DNA of 64,000 bases from an uncultured Chloroflexia bacterium (GTDB lineage: Bacteria > Chloroflexota > Limnocylindria > Limnocylindrales > CSP1-4): assembly GCA_963744115.1 (NCBI GenBank), contig CAVUSI010000002.1, forward strand, positions 675,641 through 739,640. Reading direction: 5' to 3'. Under the pieces are notes generated by a model. It was given only the letters and a program-made list of their open reading frames with translations. It was not told the DNA's origin and did not search any database. Below are positions 53,034 through 62,130 of the stretch, piece by piece; position 1 is the stretch's first letter; every line of letters begins with the position of its first letter. Made by a program: the position numbers and the translations under genes.

Positions 53034-53062
53034 TTGACAGTGGCACGTTGCACTGTCATAAT
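53034..53062 (+). promoter_or_regulatory. sigma70 promoter TTGACA-17-CATAAT overlapped by inverted repeat TGACAGTG-N8-CACTGTCA
   Basis: -35 at 53034-53039, -10 at 53057-53062, ATG at 53069 (leaderless geometry), palindrome 53035-53058. Confidence 0.85.
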
Positions 53063-53068
53063 AACGCC

Positions 53069-53722
53069 ATGCCCACCGACAACGAATACAGCCTGACCGA
53101 CCTCGCCGACCTGGTCGGGGTCACGCCGCGGACCGTGCGCTACTACATCGCCCAGGGCCTCCTGCCGGCGCCCGACAAGGTCGGTCCCGGGGCGCGCTAC
53201 ACGGAGGGTCATCTCGACCGGCTCCGGCTGATCCGGCGGCTCCAGCGTGAGCATCTGCCGCTGGCCGAGATCCGGACACGGCTCGAGCCGCTCGACGACG
53301 ACCAGGTCCGGGAGCTCCTGGGCTCCGAGCCGGTCGTCGTGGCCGAGGAACCCGCGATCGACTACATCCGCACCCTGCTGGCGAAGTCGACGGGCACCAC
53401 ACGGGGGGAGCCCGCCGGCTCGCCGGCGACATCGGGACCCGCACCGGCGTCGCGACCGGCGCCGAGCGCGGCACCCCTGATGCTCCGCCGGATGGAGTTC
53501 CTCGAGACCGACCGCGCGGCCGAGCCCGACGCGGCCCCACCGACCCCGCCGCCGAAACCGCCCCCACAAGCCGTCGGGGCCGACCGATCCCAGTGGGACC
53601 GGGTGGCCCTGACCCCGGACATCGAGCTGCATGTCCGACGACCACTCAGCCGCCTGCAGAACAAACAGGTCGATCGCCTGATCGCGATCGCCCGCGAACT
53701 CCTCGAGGGGGACCCGTCATGA
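53069..53722 (+). CDS. MerR-family HTH regulator
   Basis: YSLTDLADLVGVTPRTVRYYIAQGLLP...HLPLAEIR, C-terminal WDRVALTPDIELHVRRP. Confidence 0.88.
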   Translation: MPTDNEYSLTDLADLVGVTPRTVRYYIAQGLLPAPDKVGPGARYTEGHLDRLRLIRRLQREHLPLAEIRTRLEPLDDDQVRELLGSEPVVVAEEPAIDYIRTLLAKSTGTTRGEPAGSPATSGPAPASRPAPSAAPLMLRRMEFLETDRAAEPDAAPPTPPPKPPPQAVGADRSQWDRVALTPDIELHVRRPLSRLQNKQVDRLIAIARELLEGDPS

Positions 53723-54990
53723 CCTTCACCGCCCGCCCAGACCGCCACTACATCCGTCCGACCTATCGGAGCGACCGCTTCGTCCTCGCCGAGATCACGG
53801 CGCCGCCGGCCCGCCGCGAGCACGTTCGACCTCCGGTTCGCCTCGCCTTCGTCATCGACCGTTCCGGGTCGATGAGCGGCGAGAAGCTGCGGCTGGCCAA
53901 GCTCGCCGTCGAGGAGTCGCTCGCGCGGCTCCACCCGACGGACGAGTTCAGCATCGTCGTCTACGACGAGCAGATCGACGTGGTCTTCCCGTCGGCGCCC
54001 GCCACGGATGACGCCCGCCGCTCCGCCCTGGCGCGGCTCCGCGAGATCGAGGCGCGCGGCAGCACGAACCTCGGCGAGGGCTGGCTGCGCGGATGCGAGC
54101 AGGTCGCCCTCGCGCTGTCGGCCGACGGGGTCAATCGATGCCTGCTGCTGACCGACGGGCTCGCCAACGTCGGCATGACCGACCCGGAAGAGCTGGCGCG
54201 GCACGCCGGTGAGCTCCGGATCCGCGGCGTGACCACGACGACGTTCGGGGTCGGCCAGGACTTCGACGAGGTCCTGCTCCAGGCGATGGCCGATGCCGGC
54301 GGCGGCCACTTCTACTTCATCCGCGACGCGGCCGGGATCCGCGACCACGTGACGAGCGAGGTCGGGGAGACGCTCGAGATCGTCGCCCGCGAGGTGACCA
54401 TCGAGCTGACCGCGGCGGACGGCGTCATCGTCGATCCGCTCAGCCCGTTCCCGGCGGAGACGCGCGGGAGCCGGACCACGATCAGCGTCGGGGACCTTGT
54501 CGCGGACCAGCGGCTCCAGGTCGTCCTGAGGCTCAACTTCCCGTTCGGCGAGATCGGCCACACGTCGGGGACGATCCTCGGCGTGTCGGACCGGGAGGGC
54601 GTCCTCGGTCGCGCGATGGCCAAGCTCGGCTGGGAGTACGCCGACAACCACGCCAACGACGAGCAGCATCGGGACCGCGAGGTCGATCGGGCCGTCGCCC
54701 GGATCTTCGCCTCGCGGGCTCGCCAGGAGGCCACCGCCCGGAACCGGGCCGGTGACTTCCGCGGGGCGAGGGAGGCGCTCGTCAAGGTGGCGCGGCGGAT
54801 CCGCGACTACGCGGGCCGGGATGCTGAGTTGCGGGCGATCGTCGCCGAGCTCGACCGGGAAGGCGAGGTCCTCGCCGCACCGATGGCCGAGATGTCCCGC
54901 AAGGAGATGTACTTCCAGAGCTCGAACGTGGCCCGGATGCGCAGCGCCCAGGGCCGGGCGATCCGCCACGAGGACCAGCCGACGCGCTGA
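53719..54990 (+). CDS. vWA domain protein
   Basis: MIDAS DRSGSM, GSTNL, LTDGLAN, FGVGQDFDE. ATGA overlap with MerR. Confidence 0.9.
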   Translation: MTFTARPDRHYIRPTYRSDRFVLAEITAPPARREHVRPPVRLAFVIDRSGSMSGEKLRLAKLAVEESLARLHPTDEFSIVVYDEQIDVVFPSAPATDDARRSALARLREIEARGSTNLGEGWLRGCEQVALALSADGVNRCLLLTDGLANVGMTDPEELARHAGELRIRGVTTTTFGVGQDFDEVLLQAMADAGGGHFYFIRDAAGIRDHVTSEVGETLEIVAREVTIELTAADGVIVDPLSPFPAETRGSRTTISVGDLVADQRLQVVLRLNFPFGEIGHTSGTILGVSDREGVLGRAMAKLGWEYADNHANDEQHRDREVDRAVARIFASRARQEATARNRAGDFRGAREALVKVARRIRDYAGRDAELRAIVAELDREGEVLAAPMAEMSRKEMYFQSSNVARMRSAQGRAIRHEDQPTR

Positions 54991-55108
54991 TCTTCGGGTC
55001 GAGATCCAGGCCGATGTCGATTCGGCACCCCGGCGTTCGTCGTTGGGGTGTCGGGTCGACGAGGCGATCGCCTCCAGCGCCAGGGACCCGGGAGAAGGAG
55101 TTCGAGCG

Positions 55109-55459
55109 ATGGCAGGTGCACGGTTCATCCAGTTCGAAGTCGTCGGCAAGGACCAGAAGGCCCTCCAGGGCTTCTACGGCAAGCTCTTCGACTGGTCGTT
55201 CGACACGAACAATCCGACCGCCTACGGCATGACCGACCCGGCCGTGACCGGCGCGACCGTCGGTGTCGGCCCGAGCCAGGACGGCGGGAACGGTCACGTC
55301 ACCGGGTATATCGGCGTGTCCGACGTGGACGCGACCCTGGCCCGCGCCGGCGAGCTCGGCGGCCGGACGATCATGCCGAAGTTCAGCCCGGCCCCGGGTG
55401 TGGCGATCGCCCTGTTCGCCGACCCCGAAGGTCACGTCATCGGCCTCACCGAGATGTGA
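55109..55459 (+). CDS. VOC/glyoxalase family protein
   Basis: FYGKLFDWSF, YIGVSDVDATL, FADPEGHVIGL, AAGGAG RBS. Confidence 0.88.
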   Translation: MAGARFIQFEVVGKDQKALQGFYGKLFDWSFDTNNPTAYGMTDPAVTGATVGVGPSQDGGNGHVTGYIGVSDVDATLARAGELGGRTIMPKFSPAPGVAIALFADPEGHVIGLTEM

Positions 55460-55461
55460 TC

Positions 55462-55530
55462 AGCGGGGATCCTCGGGTCCCCGCTCTGGCGAACGTGCCC
55501 GGCCCTTCGGGGAGCCGGGCACGTCGTCGT
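55462..55530 (+). terminator. tandem hairpins after the VOC gene
   Basis: AGCGGGGATCC/GGGTCCCCGCT stem, then ACGTGCCCGGC...GCCGGGCACGT stem with a cTTCGg loop. Confidence 0.6.
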
Positions 55531-55651
55531 TCCGGGCCGTCGTCGTTCCGGGCGTGTCGGCGATGTCGGGAGTCGGCGTCGTTCGTGGGCGGCCGCGGAC
55601 CTCGCTGCCGAGTGCCGGGCAGGCCGCTCCGCACGGCTCCCGAGCCGATTG

Positions 55652-55882
55652 GGCACGTTCCTTGCATCGCGTGCAAGAACCCGACCTGGCTTGCACGGTG
55701 TGCAAACAACGGCCCGGCGCACCCGCCCGCAGGCCCACACCTTGCATCAGGTGCAAGCCGTCCCACCTCTCGGCCGACGGGAGGCGGCTGACGGCCCGAT
55801 CGTTGCATCGACTGCAAGATCCGAGACCACGTCGTCGATCCGAATGTCACCACGATCCGACGTGTGCATCCGGTGCAAACGC
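55652..55882. repeat. non-coding element B with five (T/G)TGCA-N5-TGCAA palindromes, homologous to element A
   Basis: Sites at 55662, 55691, 55742, 55803 and 55864. Confidence 0.87.
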
Positions 55883-55895
55883 CTTCGGCCGGAGC

Positions 55896-55950
55896 CGACC
55901 TCGGCCCGATCGCCGACCTCGGACCTCGGCCCGATCGCCGACCCTCGGCT
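55896..55950. repeat. short degenerate tandem repeat (GACCTCGGCCCGATCGCC)
   Basis: cgacctcggcccgatcgccgacctcggacctcggcccgatcgccgaccctcggc. Confidence 0.6.
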
Positions 55951-55963
55951 CGACTCGGCCGTC

Positions 55964-56386
55964 CTACCTCGGCAGGATCCCCTCGAGGCTCCAGACACGG
56001 GGTTCAAAGGGGACGAGCGAAAGGAGCACTCCCGGCTTCGACGCACGGTCGGCCGCGAAGCGCTCGCCGGCCTCGACTCCGAGGTAGCGTCCGGCGATCG
56101 CGCTCCGGAAGGGCGTCATGTCGCCGTCGGTCAGGGTGGCTTCACCTCGGACCTCGACGCCGCGGAACGGGGCGACGGTCTCGAAGATCAGGAGCGTGCA
56201 ATGAGGGTCGCGCTCGAGGTGTCGGAGCTTGACGTCGCCGCGGGCGATCACGACCTCGAACGCTTCACCCGTCCAGCGGTGCCAGACCGGCGAGGTGTGC
56301 GGCGTCCCATCGCTCCGCATCGTCGTCAGGACGGCCGCCGACGGCGCGTCGAGCAGGGTGGCCACGTCCTCGAGGAAGAGCGACAT
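55964..56386 (-). CDS. PPOX-class (F420-dependent-like) split-barrel oxidoreductase
   Basis: AVLTTMRSDGTPHTSPVW, KLRHLERDP, GVEVRG. Confidence 0.85.
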   Translation of the reverse strand: MSLFLEDVATLLDAPSAAVLTTMRSDGTPHTSPVWHRWTGEAFEVVIARGDVKLRHLERDPHCTLLIFETVAPFRGVEVRGEATLTDGDMTPFRSAIAGRYLGVEAGERFAADRASKPGVLLSLVPFEPRVWSLEGILPR

Positions 56387-56462
56387 CCGAACGAGGATAC
56401 CGCCCGCCGGCGCCGCATCGGGCGCCCGCGAACGTGCCGATGTGGCCAGATTCGAACGAATG

Positions 56463-56471
56463 TGCTAGGCT
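56463..56471 (+). promoter_or_regulatory. extended -10 (TGcTAGGCT) of the cold-shock gene, ~95-nt 5' UTR
   Basis: TG-n-TAGGCT at 56463-56471, GGAGG RBS before GTG 56572. Confidence 0.55.
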
Positions 56472-56571
56472 TGTGACTCGCCAACCTTTGGCGAGCCTAC
56501 GCGTGGTCGACCCCTTTCTCGAACGGACCGTGCGCCTGCGGTTCCCAGTTCGGGAAAATGTGGAGGTCACT

Positions 56572-56775
56572 GTGACCACCGGTACCATCAAGAAGGTCGT
56601 CGCCGATCGCGGCTTCGGCTTCATCACCGCCGATGACGAGAAGGATTACTTCTTCCATCGTGGCGGCCTCGACTCCTCGCTCGACTTCGACCGTCTGGTC
56701 GGCGGCGAGAAGGTCACGTTCGACATCGAGCAGAGCCCCAAGGGCCCGCGCGCGCTGAACGTCCAGAGCGCCTAG
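56572..56775 (+). CDS. cold-shock domain protein
   Basis: GTIKKVVADRGFGFI (RNP1), YFFH (RNP2), KGPRALNV, 67 aa. Confidence 0.95.
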   Translation: MTTGTIKKVVADRGFGFITADDEKDYFFHRGGLDSSLDFDRLVGGEKVTFDIEQSPKGPRALNVQSA

Positions 56776-56807
56776 TCGACGCACCGTTCCCCTTCCGGGA
56801 ACACACG

Positions 56808-56834
56808 AGACCCCGTCTTCGGACGGGGTCTTCT
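56808..56834 (+). terminator. intrinsic terminator with UUCG tetraloop
   Basis: AGACCCCGTC-TTCG-GACGGGGTCT then tct. Confidence 0.85.
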
Positions 56835-56874
56835 GGTATCCGGCGCTGACCGCGGCGCGACACGCCGACCGCTG

Positions 56875-56923
56875 AGCCGCTCCCGCGACGCGTCAGCCGC
56901 TCCCGCGACGCGTCAGCCGCTCC
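56875..56923. repeat. 20-bp tandem duplication (AGCCGCTCCCGCGACGCGTC x2.4) spanning a stop codon
   Basis: Units at 56875 and 56895, partial unit at 56915. Confidence 0.75.
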
Positions 56924-58889
56924 ACCGGACGCGGACCACCTTGACCGGCTGAGCTAGGCCCTTGAGTGCCACGGTCTCGACATCGGCCGGCGCGAACTCG
57001 CGGCCGGACGCCTCGACGGTCTCGACGCTGGCCAGGATCTCGTCGCCCGACGCGTGGCCGCCGATCCGGGCGGCCTCGTGGACGCCGCGCCCGGCATACC
57101 CCTTGTCCACGCGCACCGCATCGGCCTGGTGGATGCCCACCCGGACCCGCGGGGCGAAGCCGGTCCGCAGGCGATGCTCGGCGAGGTCGCGCTGGAGGTC
57201 GATCGCGCAGGCGATCGCCCGATCCGGTGAGGCGAACGCGAGGAAGAACCCGTCGCCGGCGTGGTCGATCTCCTCGCCGTGGTGGCGGGACAGCAGCGCC
57301 CGGACCGCCTGGCGATGCCAGCGCAGGAGGTCGTCCCAGGCGTCGTCGCCGATCGCCTCGAGCAGCCCCGTCGAGCCGACGATGTCCGTGACCATGAACG
57401 TCCGGGTGACCCGGGTCGAGGCGCCGGATCGTTCGCGGTCGGCGAGCATCCGCCCGACCACGATCAGGTCGGGTTCGGCCCCGAGCCGCTCGAACACCGA
57501 GCGCGCCGAGCGGAGCTCGACCGCCGCCGCCTCGTTCTGGCCCATCTCACGCTGGATCGCCGCCAGCGCGACCCGGGCCCGCGCGGCTTCGTACGGACTG
57601 TCGGCCTCGATCCACTCCCGCACGGCTTCCCGAAGGTCGTTGCGGGTCTGGTCCGCTGGTGAGGTCCCAGCCTGGATCATGCCCCGGCTGTAGGCCCGCA
57701 TCGCTCGGAGCGCGGCCGTGTCCCAGGCCGCGGCGATGTCCGCCAGCTCCGATGCCGCGGACCGCGCCGCCTCGGCATCGCCGGCCGCCAGGGCGATATC
57801 CACCAGGGGATAGAGGATCTTCGCCCGACGGAGAGGATGCGACGGCGAGCCGATCATCGGCTGCATCGGGAGCGTCATCGGGTCGTGCAGGAGACCTTGG
57901 AGCTCGGACAGCGCCTCACCCACCTGCCCTCGCGCGGCCATGAGGCGCGCCAAGCCGGGCTGTGGATCGCGTCCGAGCTCATGCGCCGTTCCGAACGCCT
58001 CTTCGGCGGCATCTGCGTCGCCCCGCTGCTGGAGGATCTCGCCGATCTGGTACCAGCCCTCGGCGGCGACCCCGGTGTTGAAGTCGCGCAGCTCGGCCAC
58101 GCCCCGGCGCGCTTCGCGTTCCGCCTCCGGCCAGTCGCCCCGCAGCCGAAGCACCTCCGCACGATGGATCCGGCAGGTCCCGGGAAAGCCAGAAGCCAGC
58201 GACTGGCGGTCGCACCAGCGGGTGGCGGCGTCCGACAGCTCGCCGGCTCGACGGTATTCGCCCAGATCGTTCTCGGCCATCACCGACATGCAATACACGC
58301 TGTTGGTGGTGAGCGGCTGAAGTTGACCGGAGATCGCCGCGATGCCCGCCTGACCGAGCAACGCCAGCCCGTCGTTGACGCGCGACAGGCCGATCAACGC
58401 CCGGCCGCTGGCCGTCAGGCCCTCCGCCTGGACATCGAGGTTGCCCGTCTGGCGTCCGAGCTCGACCGCTCCCTCGGCGGCGGCGAGCGCCGCGGCAGGA
58501 TCGCCCTGCGCCAGCGCGAGATGGGAGGCGTAGACGGCGAAGCGACCGTGGACGGCCGACGGTGGCTGGTCGGCCAAGAGCTCCTGGGCACGGCTGAACC
58601 ACCCGACCGCCAGTCCGACCGAGAGCTTCTGGATGTGATCGAACGCGAGGTTCAAGGCGACGTTCGCGGCCGGCACCGGGGCGCCGACGGCAAGGTACTC
58701 GCCGAACGCACGCTCCCGAAGGGCGATCGCCTCGCCGAGATGGCCGCACCACCAGGCCGCGTCGCCGAGCGCGGCGACATCGTCCGGATCGACGAGGGTC
58801 GTGGGATCCACGGCCGAGTAGGCGGTGTACGCCGCCAGCCAATCCCGTCGCTCGACCGCCGCCCGTGCGACCTCGACGCCGTCCGCCAT
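56913..58889 (-). CDS. TPR-like helical sensor fused to class III adenylate/guanylate cyclase domain
   Basis: N-terminal helical repeats (GTCRIHRAEVLRLRGDW, PQPGLARL, PYEAARAR), C-terminal MVTDIVGST, AGDGFFLAF, RVGIH, VHEAARI, LKGL. Confidence 0.85.
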   Translation of the reverse strand: MADGVEVARAAVERRDWLAAYTAYSAVDPTTLVDPDDVAALGDAAWWCGHLGEAIALRERAFGEYLAVGAPVPAANVALNLAFDHIQKLSVGLAVGWFSRAQELLADQPPSAVHGRFAVYASHLALAQGDPAAALAAAEGAVELGRQTGNLDVQAEGLTASGRALIGLSRVNDGLALLGQAGIAAISGQLQPLTTNSVYCMSVMAENDLGEYRRAGELSDAATRWCDRQSLASGFPGTCRIHRAEVLRLRGDWPEAEREARRGVAELRDFNTGVAAEGWYQIGEILQQRGDADAAEEAFGTAHELGRDPQPGLARLMAARGQVGEALSELQGLLHDPMTLPMQPMIGSPSHPLRRAKILYPLVDIALAAGDAEAARSAASELADIAAAWDTAALRAMRAYSRGMIQAGTSPADQTRNDLREAVREWIEADSPYEAARARVALAAIQREMGQNEAAAVELRSARSVFERLGAEPDLIVVGRMLADRERSGASTRVTRTFMVTDIVGSTGLLEAIGDDAWDDLLRWHRQAVRALLSRHHGEEIDHAGDGFFLAFASPDRAIACAIDLQRDLAEHRLRTGFAPRVRVGIHQADAVRVDKGYAGRGVHEAARIGGHASGDEILASVETVEASGREFAPADVETVALKGLAQPVKVVRVRWSG

Positions 58890-59019
58890 GCCCGTGCCCC
58901 CGATGGGTCGCGAGTATGAGCCTGCCGCGTCATCGAGACAATCGTCACCGGGCTCGAGCTGACGCACGGGCCGAGCGCCGAGCCGATCGCCGAGCCGACC
59001 GCCCTAGGCCGTTCGGGCC

Positions 59020-59896
59020 ATGGCGACACGCTCGCAGGACGTCCAGGCTCCCGGCATGACCGAGCTGGCGATCGCGCGTCCCCGGCGGACGGGCGCGCCC
59101 CTTGCGTTCGGCGTCGCGGCGGCGTTCGTCGTCGTCGCGATCGCCGGTGCGCTGGTCCTGACCGGGCGTCTGTCGGTCGCGGGCGGCTGCGGGCCGCTCG
59201 AGGGCGCCTCGTGCGAGCGTGTCCTGTTCATCGGCAACAGCTACACGGACGTCAACGACCTGCCGCACGTCTTCGCCGAGCTGGCGGCTTCGGGCGGGCA
59301 GCACGTCGGGACCGGCAAGGTCGCGCCGGGCGGCGAGGAGCTGTCCGGCCACGTGACCCTTCCCGGAGACGCAGACCGCGCTGGCCGCGAAGGGTTGGGA
59401 CGTCGTGGTCCTCCAGGAGCAGAGCCAGGTCCCGGCGATCGTCGCCGCCCGGATGCAGCGGATGGAGCCGGCGGCGAGGACGCTCGTCGGGAAGATCCGG
59501 GCGATCGGCGCGCGACCGATCCTGTTCGAGACGTGGGGCCATCGCGACGGCTCGCCCGAGGACGGCCTGCCCGACTTCGCGACGATGGAGGCTGCGCTCG
59601 AGCAGGGCTACGATCAGGTGGCGAGCGATGTCGGCGCGCAGGTCGCGCCCGTCGGCGTCGCCTGGCGGACCGCTCGACTGGTCGCGCCCCAGATCGACCT
59701 GTGGCAGCCCGACGGCAGCCACCCCACGATGGCCGGCACCTACCTCGCCGCGTGCGTGATATACGCGACGATCTTCGGGCGGAGTCCGGTCGGGCTCGGC
59801 TACGACGCAGGGCTCGGGGCCGACACGGCGCATGTCCTGCAGTCCGTCGCCGCGCAGACGGTGCTCGGCGCCGGTGGAGGGTCCGCGGCCCCGTAG
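59020..59896 (+). CDS. SGNH-hydrolase-like membrane-anchored protein (frameshift ~59363)
   Basis: TM, VLFIGNSYT, then WDVVVLQEQS, APVGVAW and DGSHPTMAGTYLAACV in the shifted frame. Confidence 0.8.
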
Positions 59897-59941
59897 TCGG
59901 TCGGTGGCGCGCCCGAGGCCCTTCGGTCGCAGAATGTCGTC

Positions 59942-60516
59942 GTGAGCGAGATCCCGATCGGTGACCGGGTCATCGGCACCATCCAAGGGGACATCACGCA
60001 GGTGCGTGCCGACGCCCTGGTGAACGCCGCCAACAGCCGCCTGGCCGGCGGGGGCGGCGTCGACGGCGCGATCCACCGCGCCGGTGGGCGGGCGATCATG
60101 GTCGATCTCGAGCGCCGGTATGGGCACGACCGACATTGCCCGACCGGCGGCGCGATCTTGTCGGTCGCCGGCGACCTTCCCGCCCTATGGGTCGTCCACG
60201 CCGTCGGCCCGGTCTGGCACGGCGGCGGGGCGGGGAGCCGGAGCTCCTCGCCTCGGCGTATCGGACCGCGTTCCAGGTCGCGAACGAGGCGGGCGCCCGC
60301 ACCGTCGCTGCGGCCGCGATCAGCACCGGCATCTACGGCTACCCGATCGAACAGGCGGCGACGATCGCGGTCATCACCGCTGCCGAGCACCTCGCCGGCC
60401 CGACCACGGTCGAGCGCATCGACTTCGTGCTGTTCTCCGGCGACGCGCTCGACGTGTTCGACCGCGCGCTCGGTCGGGTGCGAGGCGCCGCCGACGGACC
60501 TACCGACCCTACTTGA
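59942..60516 (+). CDS. macro domain protein (O-acetyl-ADP-ribose deacetylase-like; frameshift ~60233)
   Basis: QGDIT, VNAANSRLAGGGGVDGAIH, VHAVGPVW, then LASAY...AISTGIYGYP in the shifted frame. Confidence 0.88.
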
Positions 60517-61703
60517 AGGTCGACACCACGCGACCGGCGAGGGCTGGGTCTGACGTCGACAGGATGACGACGGCGCCGCCCTGCTCGAAGACGTAGTCGA
60601 GGGCGCCCTGGTCGCCGTAGTCGATGACCAGGACGGACTTGCCGCCGACGGTCGTCGTCTTGGTCGTGATCCCCGATGCGCTCGCGCCGAGCCACGTCTT
60701 GAGCAGCTCCTGGCGGAGCTCGCTCGGGGCGACGCCGTTGAGCTTGAGCGCCGTGATGTCGGCGTCGACCGTCGAGGTCGGGTCGAACGCCTCGGCGACC
60801 TCGAGATCGGCGGTCTGCTTGCCCTTCGACGTGATCCAGGCGACGAGGTCGTCGCTCGAGGGGTCACCGGCCAGGACGTCGGTCCCGGTCGTGCTCTGGA
60901 CCGACATCGGGGTGCCGTCGACGGACTTCGGCATGATCGCCTCGAGGTCCGCGAACGCGTGGGCCTCGGTCGGCGTCGGCTCGGGGATGTCGGACGGGAT
61001 CTCCTCGGACGGGACCGCGCCCAGGTCGATCGAGGACCCGGGCGCCAGCGTCGGCGCCGGCCCGCTGATCGTCGGGCCCTTCGCCTCGGCCGCGACCATC
61101 GCGTCGTCGACCGCCGAGGCGGCCGCGGTGAGGTCGTCGGGCGTCATGTTCTGCGCCGCGATCGAGGCGACGAGCGGGCCGCGCCGGATGTAGACCGAGG
61201 TCGTCGTCCCCGTCGAATCCTCGGTCGCCAGCGCCTCGTCGCCGACGTCGGCGAACGGGACGTCCGTGCCGCCGACCGCCAGGTCCGAGTCGTGCGAGCG
61301 CTTGACGACCACGTGGCCATCGGCGCCATAGCAGCTCACCCGGACGTTCATCGCCGGCCCGGTCGTGGGGCTGCCCGGACGGGGTCGGGCCGCTCAGGCT
61401 CGCGCCGTAGCCGTCGGTGTAGAAGCCGCTGCCGTTGATCGACCAGCCCGCTGGAAGCGAGTCACTGGTCGGGACCGCGTTCCAGGCGATCGTCCGGCAG
61501 GCCGAATCGGCGGCCGGCGTCTGCTTCGTGGCGGAGACATAGAGCGCGGCGGCGGCCACGATGAGCGCGAGCGCGCCGATCGTCCCCACGACGATGAGCC
61601 CGCGCCGGTCGGTCTTCGGGGTCGGGGTCACGTCCCGGCCGGGCTTGCCGCCGCCCGGGCCACGCTGGACCGAGCGCTCGGCGGGATCGCGCGGAGACGT
61701 CAT
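60509..61703 (-). CDS. membrane-anchored extracytoplasmic hypothetical protein (frameshift ~61368)
   Basis: TM GLIVVGTIGALALIVAAAALYV, then a continuous Ser/Thr/Asp-rich sequence across the two frames. Confidence 0.7.
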
Positions 61704-61787
61704 GCAGGGTGCCCCATGGAACGGCTGACTGTGGCTGCGTCACCTGACAAGGTACTGAGACTTGGCAGAACGTGCCGGGGGAGGGGC

Positions 61788-62044
61788 GCCGCGGCCCGAG
61801 CCGCGGCCCGAGCCACCGTCCGAGCCCCGGTCCACTCCCGCCACGTCCCGAGGTCCGCCACGGCCCCAGCCCACTCTCAGTGGTCGGAATCGCGGTCAGC
61901 ACGCTTGGTTGACCGCCCGGACGTGCGGATCGTGACCTCGACCACGCTTGGGCGGGCCGGATTCGACCACCCAGAGTGGCGGCCAGGCACGCCGCGACGC
62001 TCACCTGCCCCAGAGTGGCGTCCAGGCACGCCGCGACGTTCACC
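61788..62044. repeat. mosaic intergenic repeat region: ~12-bp tandems, inverted CCACT..GTGGTCG(G)AATC pair, 39-bp tandem
   Basis: gccgcggcccga tandems near 61788, CCACTCTCAGTGGTCGGAATC at 61871, inverted partner at 61960-61979, 36-bp units at 61970 and 62009. Confidence 0.7.
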
Positions 62045-62130
62045 GGGCGGTGGCGGCGGCGCCAGCCCGCGTTCACATCGAGAAACCCGAACGCCGCCAC
62101 GCTATCGTTCGAGGCATGTAGGGGGACCGA

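Noticed and set aside
51834-55878. Sigma54 (-12 TTGCA) or CIRCE explanation for the TTGCA palindromes
   Set aside because: There is no TGGCAC at the -24 position, and CIRCE is TTAGCACTC-N9-GAGTGCTAA. Element B also lies between convergent gene ends, where promoter operators are not expected.
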